Of a DNA stretch of 64,000 bases, positions 11,645 through 24,500 are shown one piece after another; position 1 is the stretch's first letter; every line of letters starts with the position of its first letter. Made by a program: the position numbers and the translations under genes. The stretch comes from Tubulanus polymorphus (Eukaryota; Animalia; Nemertea), in NCBI RefSeq assembly GCF_964204645.1, contig NC_134028.1, positions 5,456,001 to 5,520,000 of the forward strand. The letters run 5' to 3'. The notes under the pieces were generated by a model. It was not told the DNA's origin, made no database searches, and saw only the letters and a list, made by a program, of their open reading frames with translations.

Positions 11645-12009
11645 AAGTGTTAGAGAACGCTTCAATAAATCATTATCTAATGTACATAGCAAAGCTTTTA
11701 TTTTTTCGATAGTTTTCAAGTGGTAGCCTGTCTAATTTCGAAGCTCCAATTGAGAATAATCTCTACAATGAAATAAACGGAAATTGTACTAATTGCAGGA
11801 TACAGAATTCTCGGATTAAATAATGAAATTCACATTTCTATAAATCGATTGGCATTTCCTTTGTAGGAGTATCCATTTGAGCTTTGCGTGAGATTAAAGA
11901 ACACTGTATGAACATAAAAATCGACAGGTAGAAATTAGCTAGTGACAGACTGAGTGAATTTCTTCGAGCGAATAATTAACTGGCCGTAAAAACCCTCTGC
12001 AATCGAATT

Positions 12010-12310
12010 CGTGCCTCCTTCGTGTTTTCATCAGAATTTTTCAATAAAAAATTCTGTTCGTTTTTATTGTTATGTCCGTCTTGATTTTTAATCTAGTAAC
12101 TTGTAAAGGTTTTGTTCATCTCAATCTTCAATCTCATGATTTGCAAAAAAGGATTTTTTTTCAATTCTTCCATCATTTTAATCAAATTCATCACAATTTT
12201 CGCTCCTTTCTAATTTTTTTTCTGCAGTCCTTCCGAGATTTTATGTGGAAAATACTCAAGTGATTGAAAAAAATAGTTTTAATTATTTTTCCTGTTCCCT
12301 TCCATTTTTC
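12010..12310. repeat. Dispersed repeat, inverted relative of ~21240-21520
   Basis: Shared blocks such as TTATGTCCGTCTTGATT, TCTAGTAACTTGTAAA, ATCTCATGATTTGCAAAAAA, ATCAAATTCATCACAATTTT and TCTGCAGTCCTTCCGAG occur reverse-complemented at ~21306-21475. Confidence 0.75.
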
Positions 12311-12931
12311 AATGAATTTTATTTTCTCTCTCCACACTGCCATCTTTTCTTGAAAACATCCGGACCCCAAGTAATAAATAAAAGGCCTAAGCTGCAAAAT
12401 TCGGCAAAAATCGATCCACCGACGAAATTTGCCTGTCTATGACGGGTTAAGAAGGAGCGATTTGAATTTATTTTTGAAATGATTGACATCTACGAAAATG
12501 TTTTTGTTATCGTGAAATATTTACCATCATGCGATTGGGGTTTACCAGACTTGAATAGTCGGATTAACCGCGCAGTGAGCGTTTCGTGTTTTTCGTGTCG
12601 CGTGATGTAAAAGCTTCGGAAGATTATCACCATCGGCATACGAGATAATGCAAGTCTCGATAATCAAACACGAAGAGCGTGGACGCGCCGTAAATGTATA
12701 GGTGATGTTGATTAATTTTTTCTCTCTTCACCAACCAACACTAATGAATAGGCGCATTCAATAGAACGAATTGCAGCTAAGAGCCGATTATGACGGGATC
12801 GGACGAGTACTTCTATAGTTATGTTTGAATATATCGGAATTGAAGTTTCTTTCGAAAATTGTGTTCTCGGATGCTTAGTATTTTTTGTTCAATGGAATAC
12901 TTCACTACATCGACGTAAATTAACAAATAAA

Positions 12932-13976
12932 ATGGACTACATCGCGATGCTGGTGCTGCTTATAATGACAACCGGAATCTCGGCGAGAAAATATAGTTTG
13001 GTAAACGAAACGGCTTTTTTAAGTAACGGCATGATTGCGCGGTACACAACGCGATCTCGGATTCACTGTTCCATTTACTGCGATATGATACCGTCAAATT
13101 GTACGGCATTTATTTTCGAAATGAACTCCAACAGCGAGTCATCATCGTGTACGCTGCACGAAGGAGCGGCTTCCAGTTTGGAAAGACCATCAACGGCCAG
13201 TAAAAAGCAGTTTTATACTTTAGGCCTACACATAACGGTAAACAACTTTCTCAGATATTCTATCACAAATTTGCAATTTCACGCTGATAACTTCTTGTTA
13301 AAATGTAAAATTTGCATATTTTGGACGTATAGTCTTTTCAAACTAATTCAATTTTGACATTTCTGACATTGTGTGTGTAGGTCTGTGACAAGATTCTGTG
13401 CAAAGACGCAAAAATTATCTCCGATTTTGTTTCAGGTGAAAGCGTTGCCCACGTATGCAGTTTCGTCTGGTGCGAGAGTCTGTGATCCAGGGAGCGAACT
13501 AGCATCAGCGGTTACGCCCAGTGAATTCGATTTATTGAAAGCAGCTTCCGCTAACACCAAGGGTAAAAGACGAACACACTAGAAGAATTGGCCTCTCTTA
13601 AAAATTCTCACATGATAATCACTTCTAGAAAAATTGTTTGACTCAAGATATATATCAAAAAGATAACCTTTAGAGGTAGCATTTTTCGGCTGGGATAAAG
13701 ATGTCTGTGTATCGTATTCTTCGAAATAGAAAGAATTATCTAGAAAATGATTCATTATATTCAGTGTTCGCTGTTTGTTGTTTTGCAGCTTACGTAGCCA
13801 TTTATCGAGAAGTGAAAACGGATCCGATGCGATGGCACAACGGACAAGGGCCGGTGGTCAATGGGTCGTTTTGGAAAAACAATCCGGTTAACAAGCTGTG
13901 CGCTGTTATCAATAATGGACAGCTAGAAGAACACGATTGTGCACACAGCCACCCAAACATGTGTCAACTAATATAA
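12932..13976 (+). CDS. Secreted PAN/Apple plus C-type lectin-like domain protein, 3 exons
   Basis: Exons 12932-13237, 13436-13562, 13789-13976, in phase. Signal peptide MDYIAMLVLLIMTTGISA; PAN pattern SRIHCSIYC...CTAFIF...CTL; CTLD pattern C..GSELAS..T..EFDLL..YVAI..W..CAVI..LEEHDC....NMCQ. Confidence 0.75.
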
Positions 13977-14456
13977 TTTATCACAGGGTGGATAGCATTA
14001 TATATCGCGATTTTACCATTCTAGTAGTGAATATAATTGCTCTATAGGTGGCGTTATCGACGTTGTTTATTACTGCATTTCACGGAGTCATTTCCGGTTT
14101 CAGTTGTGTTGTCGCGTAACTAATTACACATTAAATGACAATAGTCGTAACCGAGCAAAACTACGGCGCTGTTTACTGCAGGGAAGGCCACGTAACTCTA
14201 CTCTATCCCAGGATAACTGTTCACGGGAGACGGCATTTGAAACGCGAAGATTATAATACATAAAACGACAAATGGCAATACGTTTTACGTAGAGTTTATT
14301 GATATGGCTTATAATTATAAATATATGTAACCACTTCGATTTCGATTGGAATATATGATACCCATAATAATTAAGATACATACGCGTATAGTATATTTAG
14401 TTATATCATTGAAATTATCTACAACAAATGAATTCATAATGAAAACCATCCTCGAT

Positions 14457-14577
14457 TGCCAGGGTTTGTATGCCTCCCGCCGAAGCTCACACCAACACTA
14501 AACCTGGCCGCAGACCCTTCATTGGTCTATTACATTGCCCTAGATTTCTTGGATCGGGATGCAATCAAACCCTGGCA
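14457..14577. mobile_element. Small MITE with 12-bp TIRs
   Basis: TGCCAGGGTTTG ... CAAACCCTGGCA; the same terminus recurs near 24920. Confidence 0.55.
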
Positions 14578-15784
14578 CGCGATGATGAATAAAAACTGAC
14601 CTATGCAAATCTACAGTCGATACGATATTATGTATGTACATCTAAAAGAATCTTTTGAACAGTCTTACAGTCGTCCTACAAATCGAAAACCGTTATGAAA
14701 CGTGGCTCGGTAATGGGCTAAAATCTTAAGAATTGTGACATTATAATTGTATATTAGTAAATACACATTAATCATACAGTTAAAATGCCCTTTGCCCAAT
14801 TCACTGGTTTGAGTTGAGAATGACTCATTACCGTTAAAAGAGATATATATGCAAGTAGAAAATGAACACATGATGTTAATATCTCAGGAGGATGAAAATT
14901 CGATGTCAAAGATATTCATACATATCATATAGTCATAATAAAGGTAAAATTCAGTAATGATATTTTCATTTATACATCCGAATTTTTTCCGAGTTCCAAA
15001 CAACACGGACCTAACTAATGCAAACGACTAATTTCAATGTCCATGGTCATGGTACAAAATTATTCATTTGAGGTACTCATGTTCAGTAATATGGCAATGG
15101 ACCGATGAACGCGTTAGTTATGCGTTAACTTAATTCTGCCCTATATCGTAACAGTCATTGGAAATGAACTTATTTTTACCGATCAACGTCGAACTAAATG
15201 GGTTCAGATAAGCCCTATTCGAGAATGACGATATCAGCAGATAAAATACCAACATACATGCACATATACGTAAGAACACGTAATTGGCAGATAAATATGA
15301 TATATGTTTTAATCTAGTTAAGATCTACCAAATCTACCTACATATATATAGGGCTATGTAGTAATTTTCACCGGGAAATACAATGGTTTAATTGTAACAA
15401 GTTCTTTTTCGGAAATATAAAAACATATCGACAAAACATATTATGAATTCTTTTTGCACTACCCGCAAAATCATATTACATTGAAAATGTTTATCCCGTT
15501 ACAATTAAATGACCATCAACGGTCATACCGGCCGTAACTGACCGTACGTGGTAAATTCAACTAATTCATCTATATACACGCTGAAAAAGTACAGTATTAG
15601 TTGCACGTTTAAGCAAAAAATGACCGTTGATATCTTTCAAACTAAAATCCATGATGATAATTGCACTGTTTTTAGCACAAAGTTTTTCTATAATTCGATA
15701 TTCTCGCTCTTTTTAAATATACATACAGAAATTGCACCACATGCAAGTTATGCTACTCTCTTTATTTTGCGAAGGCATTTTCTC

Positions 15785-18613
15785 TTAATAATTCAGATCA
15801 TGCAAGTAATTACTGCGGAGACTAGGTGCTGCCATAAGTTCTGCCAGTGAGTGGCTGTGAAGGAGTTCCATAGTTTGACTGTTACAATAGGTGTGATCTT
15901 CTAGCTCTTGTTTCGTTAATACCAAAGATGGTGCTGTCGGCGAGAATAAAATACGTACTTATTAAATAAAGTCTCAATCCAATATCGTAAATTAATTTCC
16001 AATAAAAACCCCGAAACTATGGAACCCACATGTAGGTTCAGAGGGTAGCACTGTAGCCACGTACTGCCGTCACAAAATTCTCCTGGAAACTGCATCTGAA
16101 TGCAGTAAATTTTCTAGAAAGCACATTGCATCAGGACTTCATTTATTGCTTGGAAAATGCACCAGAAAGCAGTTAATTTTCAAATTTTTCTGGGGGATCA
16201 ACCCCCACATTCCTCTCGTTTGTCGTGGATTATGCCATCTTTTTATAAGTTGTGCTTCCCACAACATAGGTCTCTGGTGTCGACCCTGGAACCAAAGGCA
16301 CGACTTTTTGGGTTTATACGACAATATGACATATATTTCATTTGAGAACCACATTTCCTCGGTTCTTACCGGTTTCCATCAAACATGACTCGTCATAATC
16401 TACGATAACAGTGCCCCTGCTGCCATTCGAATCAACTATTTCCATAATCATCTGAAATATATGATGAATTCACAAACCATAATGACGTGCATCCGTACCG
16501 ACGTAAAAATACTGAAATACTGAAGTTTATAGTCTCGATATGAATACCTTGGCCAGTTCTTCATCGTTTTCTGGCACTGGGTGAGTTAACCCGCTATCAT
16601 CCGGCTCGATTTCACGGTCTAAAACGATCATTTCCTGGTTGTCGTCGCCTAAGCCGCTGTCTGGGGATGGAATGTCTGAATCAGTCATACAGGACGGAAT
16701 GTCTGACCAAGCTAAAAGAAAAGAAGAAAATTGATATATTCACATAAAAAAGGCTAATTCAAAGAATAAAACGAATTGTACGCGCAACAACGAGGACCTG
16801 CGACTCAGGAATGCCTATTTTATTGACTTGCCTTCATTATCTAAGATATTGTTGCCCGTCTGTGTTGTCATGTTAAGTTCACCGTCCGTTGCATTTTCAA
16901 TAGCAGAGTCTAGGTCTAGATCTTGCTGTATAGACAACAGATTAATCGAAAAATTCTTTAAATTGCATTCTTATAATTCAATTGAAGAAAATTTCGTTTA
17001 GTTATGAAATGAAATGAATATCATTGCATGGCATGGTAGGGAGACATTATCAGCAGTTGGTTAGATTTTAAAGTTTCAACTTCAAGGCGAATGTATCAAA
17101 ATGTACCAAACTCACTGGTATGGTACTTGGCGAGCATCAAGTGCGCAATTCTGAATATCTTTTGTGGATAAAAGTTTATGTTGGTTTTCGTTGCAACAAA
17201 ATGGCCGAACCACATCTGAGTGGGCGCCAATGTTCTCGGGTATACTCATGTTTACGATGCTGAGCATCGTAAAGCAAGTATACAGTACCCAAAATTCAGC
17301 ATACCCCTGGATAAATGTCGAGTACCATACTTGAAGGGGAACTCGGAATTGAGTATATTTCGATAATTTCGCCTTCCAGGTGCATAGACACATTTTCGTA
17401 CATACTTTGTAAACGGTTGTATCGCGCAGAGGCAGTTCTTCAATATCAAATTGGGCACCACCGCTTGAAACGCGTTGACGGTCTGAATGAAAATTAACAC
17501 ATAAGATGAATGAGATTTTGATAGCCGGAAAATGTTTTGGTAACTTCTTAACTTATATATTACCAGTAATTTGCCGAAGTATAGGCCTATATGCATTTCA
17601 TTATTTTCATACTCACTGCGACGCAGTATCGGTCCTTTCCTTTTATTCGGCTCGAATCTGTAAACTTTGAACGCATCGCATCCTTTCTTTCGCGAAAGTT
17701 TTTTGTCTTCGACAATATCCGCTAAACTGTTCAGAGCACATCGGAAATTTGCCTTCCAACGTTTCGGGTTGGCTTTGTCACGCCCTTTCTGGAACTTTCC
17801 TGTTCATAGAATGGTATAAAAACAACGACGTCGTCATTACTTTTGAGAGATGAAATATTCGAAACCGCAAAATGATGCAAAAATCGAATCATTTTAACAA
17901 AAGCATAAATGCATAAAATTCTCGTTCCCGTGAATTTGCATTATTTTATATTCATAAGATTATCATTTTATTCAACTTCATTCTAATTGAAAAACCTCCA
18001 AAATATTTGAGACCATAGTTTTGGGTATTCTACTTTATTCCAATTGAAAAACCTCCAAAATATTTAAGACTAGTGTAGAATTGGATTGAAGAGGTAAATC
18101 TTTAGGGTGCGGTCACTTAGAACAGCACTATTCCCCTAACGGGGTCTGGTGCCGAGCATGTTAGGGGAAGATGTATGCATTCTCCGAAGAATTACCTGTG
18201 TGGATGGCCCAATTCCTAAACAGACAACAATCGCTGATTCTCCAACCCTGGCGAGAACCGTGTTTCCACGGTATTTGCACCAGCGTGTGGTGGTCGTCCA
18301 ACCACGTCAATCCCGGATAGCGACCGCTGTCTATTTGTTCGACGAGCCACGGTCGCAACCGCAACCGTTCCGACGAACCGTACGCCGAGAATTCGTCAGT
18401 CTCTGCCGGACTCGCATCGCGACTATGAACCAACGTGCTCGGTCTGGTTCGTCTTGATCGTCGTCGGTGGTTTCGGTGGTGGTGGCCTGGTGAAGTTTCG
18501 TCCGGCGCTTGCCAGGACGGATCGTGCACGTCATCATCATCTACATCGACATCCCCAGCATCAAACTGGCTGTAATCTACGATTTTACAAGCTGCTCTAC
18601 GCGGGTACGGCAT
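15785..18613 (-). CDS. IRF: Interferon regulatory factor (IRF1/IRF2-type), 7 coding exons
   Basis: Exons 18613-18196, 17799-17617, 17482-17406, 16925-16832, 16711-16548, 16451-16370, 15933-15785, in phase. Tryptophan-repeat DNA-binding domain [64 protein letters not shown]. Acidic C-terminal half without a recognisable IAD1/SMAD-like domain. An acceptor 16 nt before the ATG implies an upstream non-coding exon, possibly ending near 23719. Confidence 0.9.
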
Positions 18614-21239
18614 TTTGGATTCAGTCTATCTGCAAAATAGATATCCAATAAAAAATGTCTCGATTTACCTCGTGATATGACTCGTTTTAAAGCGTGTCGA
18701 TTACCGGGGTAGTAGAAGTTAACACTCCAGTTCGTTAGCGCGTTATTATATGTACGAAATGTTGAAAATAAAAACTAATGGAAAATACGCAGGAAGAATG
18801 CATTGAAGTCAATGAAAAGACTGGCGTTACCGGGATTGACTACCAGGTTGTATTATTTTTAGAAAATGGTTTCCCCCAACGGTACTCAGTATCAAAAATA
18901 AACACGTAGCCTGGAGCTCAGGGTCCAAAGTAAAAATAGGTTTTCGGTTAAATGATTTATGTACGGCGTAAAACTTATTTCTAGTGGACTGCATTTCACC
19001 AGATGTACGGATTCAAATGGAAAACTCTTAGCGATTCAAGTGCACCAAGATATCGGGCTTGTAATATGGTGACCTATTTTCACACCCAACGTCACATGAT
19101 TTGCACGCCCACAAGGAGCGTGGGACGATAATTTGGCAATAGTTTGAATTAGATATAAATAACGGCATTTGATTTATGATGTGCTCTGAAACGATCGAAC
19201 ACATTCTTTTTCTGTACGAGAGGAACTTCGATTTAAAAAAGCCCCCCCCCCCCGCTGGTGACGCAGACGCCTATGATTTTGGCGTGTTGATGTTTACCGA
19301 TCTTATCTTAAAACTTTGAATCAATTACTGTTTTCTATAAATAAATATACCATTCAACGCCATCAATCTATTTCATAGCTTAAAGTGTTGAAAAGAGGAA
19401 GAATATATATTATACCGTCAAAGTCCGTTATAACGCCATCCTTTTTAATGCCATGCTGTTCTGTAAACGCCAACATTTTTCAAAGAACAAATTTGATCAA
19501 TTAAACTTAAATCCAATGGAAAAAACCATTCTTTATAACGCCTAATTCGTTGTACGGGTATTTTAATATATTTCCTTTAAAAGCTTTTAATTTCGGATAT
19601 CTACATTTTCGGGTTACATGTTCTCAGGTTTCGAGATTTCATGGACGAGGAAAAACAATGCAAAGGAAATTCAGGAAAAATATGACTGAAAGTCCTGTGT
19701 TGCGGTATCGTTCATCGGACTAAGAACGACAAACTAAAGAATGTACGAAAAAACAACATTTTTTATTTCACGTTAACCAACATATCTATTATATGCATAG
19801 CTCTCATAATTATGACCAGTTTTAGGCGGTGATAAGAGCGCAGAAAAATGCATTGTTATCAACGTTAAGAAACTGAACAATAGTTAGATATACATTACTT
19901 CCTTAATACTCAGCGTACAAACCTGTCCTATATATTCGCTAGGTACTTCCCCTCCTATCTTATAATGATCTCTTAGTGGTGACGTCAACCAAACTAATGA
20001 CATGATAGACAGAGCATATTCAAATATATCATCTGTGTCGCTAAAATCATGCTTACCCCAATTCAAAATAGGGCTTCGGGACTACAACCCTCATCCGGCA
20101 GGATCCAAACACTAAACAGACTAGATCTAGCTGCAGACCAGACAGAATGATGTTTCTAATTTAAGATCGGGGTTTTTCCTGTTTATCCAGCAGCTAGGCG
20201 GGATTTATCTTTTTTTTGTCTCATAGCAACGGGTCTATCACAACAAACGACCCGATTATTCATACCTGCAGTGGAACATTGTCCCGATCTAATCCCGAAC
20301 ACAAACGATGAAATAAATCCACGAACGAATACAGTCGAGCCCGATCGAATGCAGATCAAGCTTATGGAAAGGGTACCATACGTGGAAGCGATTGGCGGGG
20401 ATCTGGGTTTCCCCGGGAAAATTTGAAAATATAGATGCAGCTGCATTTTGAAAGTTTGTTCACAATTTACATACATCGATTTCACAGAGAAACTGTTTAG
20501 TCATCAAGAATTGCTCCCCTAGGATCCACGCCTGCAGGTGGTAGCCAGAAATATTGTTCTCATCTTTAGGTTGGAGCCAAGATTTTTGGAGTGGACAACG
20601 TAGTAAAAGCAAACATTACGGAAACACTGATAGGTGCAGGCCCGTGCCGAGCTTTTTTGAGGGGCAATTCTATTTCAAGAAAAAGAGCACTTTCCAGTTG
20701 AAAAAGGATAGATCTTAAATACGGGTACGGTGTTCGGGTACCTGAATAAATCATTTGATAATGAATTACTTTTTAATTTTCGTTAAAAAACATGAAGATT
20801 ACATCTAAATTTCGAAAAATCTTGACCCAATTGTTGACACTTGAAGGGCACTTTGAAAATTTTAGGGGTTCGTTCGCTACCCCCGAACATGTGTTACCAT
20901 AGCTTTATGATTAATTATTCATCAAACAAAATTGAAATTAAATTTGGCGGGTAAAATTGGTAGACTTGAGCACTACCGTGTTTTTGAATGGCCATTAAAA
21001 TGGAGTAGAACCAATATAAAAAATAAGGATTATTGCATTGTGTATGTTTATCGATAAAGATCAGCTACCATTTGACATGATTTGAGACTTCGAATTAAAA
21101 CAACCGAGACAGATTTCTCCTCAATAAAATTCGTAGTTTTTGGTTCGACTAGCTTGGAGTACGGGTATTTTTCAAGGAAAAAGTTAGAGGGCGAAGGGAA
21201 AATATAGAAATAACATTTTTGTTATCATAGGCGTCTTAA

Positions 21240-21520
21240 AATGGAAGGGAACAGGAAAAAATAAAGATAAACATTTTTATCATTTGGTTATTTTCAACAT
21301 TAAAACTCGGAAGGACTGCAGAAAAAATACAAAAGGAGTGAAAATTGTGATGAATTTGATTCGAATGATAGGCGAATGAAAAGAAAAACTAACTTTTTTG
21401 CAAATCATGAGATTGAAAATCAAGATGAACATAACTTTTACAAGTTACTAGATCGAGAATCAAGACGGACATAATGAAAAAAAAATTCTATTGAATGTAT
21501 TGTGATGAAAACGCGGACTA
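21240..21520. repeat. Dispersed repeat, inverted relative of ~12010-12310
   Basis: Reverse-complement similarity over ~250 bp to the 12010-12310 segment. Confidence 0.75.
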
Positions 21521-24500
21521 AAAAAGTAATTCTTTTTTCACTTTGATGATTCGGATCCGCACTCCAAGTAATTGAAAAGATGGCCTTAGTAACCTTAAAG
21601 CTTGGGCAACACATTTTCGGAGACAGCCTGTATTTCTAACCGAACAAGCCTCATTTGATATTGTACCATGTCTTGCCGGTTGATCGTCGATAGAGAAATT
21701 TTCGAGGATGAACTGTCATCTTGACCAGTACCTTTTGAATTCATAAGAAATCCCCGTAGTGTAATATATAATACAAAATGTTTTTAGTTCAGCTCAGCGT
21801 GCTAGGAGGAATCCGAGTATCCGCTAAGTTATGTAAATATTTACGCTTGTTTCCCATACATAGTTCTGCCGAAAATATCACTATGATGTAATAGACTCCC
21901 ATATTTCAGGAAGCTTCCTATCTATTGCAACATTCAATTCATTATACACAGCGCTTTATCCAGCTATTTATGAACATAAACTTGTCGGCCATCTTTAATC
22001 TTGCGACGCATGTACGCGCGTAGTTGTGTTGAAAAAATGCGTGTATAAAATTATGCAAAATAAAGAGTTGACTCCCGAAGAAAGAAAAAGCATTAAAACC
22101 CAACCGAAAAATCTTATCTTGCTGTTTTGTTCGGATCTAATGAAGTAAATATTGTGTGGTATTTGATGGAATGAGAATAAGAATGGAGATAAATGGCGCA
22201 TTTTTAGGCTGTGAATTGGACAATGGTTGATGTTGCTTGTAACATAAAAAGATACTCTATATATACTTCAAAGTATACTTTAGTAAATTTACTAACTACA
22301 CATTAGTTATAGTCTGTGAGTTTCAAATGGAAATTTTTGACAACGTAATAGATAATACCAAATATTCATAATATGAATTTTTGATAATACCGAACAGATT
22401 TTTTTTTAAGATCCCCTAAAGTTCTCAGCTTTAGAGTTTCTTGTCCGTAGTGTCGGGTTCAGAATTCGTATGAAAAATTTAGTTCCGCTCCAGTGGCGGG
22501 ATCCGCGACCCCCTTTTTTTCGAACAAGTGACCATGGAATTTTCTCGCCAAGGTTCTTTTTAGAAATGGTGAAATTGTGAGCACATTTCATTCCATATTT
22601 CAACTCAGGAGAGTGCTTAGAATGCACCTAGATACATCTATTTTCTAAAATTAGCAACATTTTCTAAGTCGTCATTACGGGTCATAAACGCATGTCAGTA
22701 GCAAGCCCATTCTGAATGTACGCCCCAACTTTTCCCAAAAGCTAAATCCGCCCTGCGCTCTGAAAGGAATATCACCTGCGCAGTAAACGTTACCTTTTTA
22801 GAACTATTACAACATGTATAAAATTTGTTCAGAATTTCCTTATATCAACGGAAATCGCTCAGAGGTTATCTGAGCATCAAATTTTCTATATTTTCATTAT
22901 GTTCTATTCTATTCTGTGCGAGGGCCAATACCTTTCTTCAAAATCCAATCATACGAAGCCACCCGCAGATCCCATCACGCTACGGGCCTGAACTGTGAGG
23001 TCATGGTGACTGTTAAACCAACGAATGATACGATACTACACTAATAAATCACTCAATAATGAAATAAAGATTCCCGCACATTTGTCATATTCCAAATACG
23101 GAAGGTACTTAATACCGCTAAATTTGGATACATCATGGACATGTATAAACAGAGTATCATTACATATATTCTGTCCTCAATGCCTCCATTTGGTAGGACA
23201 TGCACACAAAGAAAAATGCCTCTAAAATGCCGTTAATATTAATTGTACCATAATCCCATTAGCCTACATCCTACATCACATTTTATTGAAAATTGTCAAC
23301 TGAATAACCAGGAATATGTACTTACCGGGTTGACTGGCAAAAATTGTGAGATATATGTTATGTAGGTCTACGTACGTGGGTAGTATAGCGTCAGCGGCGT
23401 ATGTAATGTTTATTTTTTAATCTCGGGTTTTCCCCAATTTGCCATACCCGGTATCAAAGGCGCCTTCAGAGTCACAACTCAAATAGCTATATCCCGCACA
23501 TTTGCTCAAGCAGGAATCAACACAAACTAGTTTTCAAACGAAAACTGTGGGTCCCCAGATCCATTTTAGCGCGAGTCGGTGGAGGTTCCCAAGGGAGAAG
23601 GTGTCAGATGCATTTTAACTAGAGAAGCACATAAACAATCTCTAAGTTTTGAAAGGCAATGAAAAGAAATAGGAAATTCAGAATCATGGACGGTTTAAGA
23701 TACGTTTCTAGTTGTCTTACTTAATTTTCTGCGTTACTATGTTCTACTTTCCTGGCTAGATTGCGCAACGACCTGTGATCGATAGAAGTAGACCATTAGT
23801 ACCGCGTCGCGTACTGCAAGCGGAAAAACCAGTTCGTATAAAATTACGCCGAAGAACAGCGACCTCTACTGCCGTCGGTACCAGTTAATTTTCAATATTT
23901 CTGGATTTTGTTAATTCTTTTTGCCGGGGAAATCTTGCGTTCTTTTTCGCAGCGAATTCATTTCCAAATACTCCTATTTCTTTAGCGACGAGTTAACATG
24001 ACCAACACTGATTAGATCCAGCGCATTATTCCTAACTTGATACTTCTTTTTCTCAAAAATTGATAGATATTTTTATTGATAAACTTCATTATCGTCAGAA
24101 ATCGAGGTTGCGTCCCACAAAAAGCGTTAATTCCTTCGAAATTTTCCAAGCTCAACGAAGTTCCGAGTTGGAGGAGCCGGGCTTGTTTTTTGTGAAGGCA
24201 AGGAAAAAATTCAAGGCAATTTCTTTTCAAAAACATCGTGCAAACCTCACAAAAGTCAAAATCAAACAAGGCAAAGTTCATTAATGAAAATAACGGGTTT
24301 ATTGGCTTTACTGGGATACAATAATTAAATGCATTTGGAATTATATAATGCATTGTGAATAAAACATATACATACATGTATACATATTACAATGTACCGG
24401 TACTCATTTAGAAATGTAGAAAAAAGATGGCAAATAATTCATGGGCGCACGATAAGCCATAAAACATACTAGATCATATCTATCATATCATACAGGGACT

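Noticed and set aside
18149-18651. Overlapping ORFs on both strands over the IRF exon
   Set aside because: Expected by-product of GC-rich coding sequence; only the minus frame has a domain.
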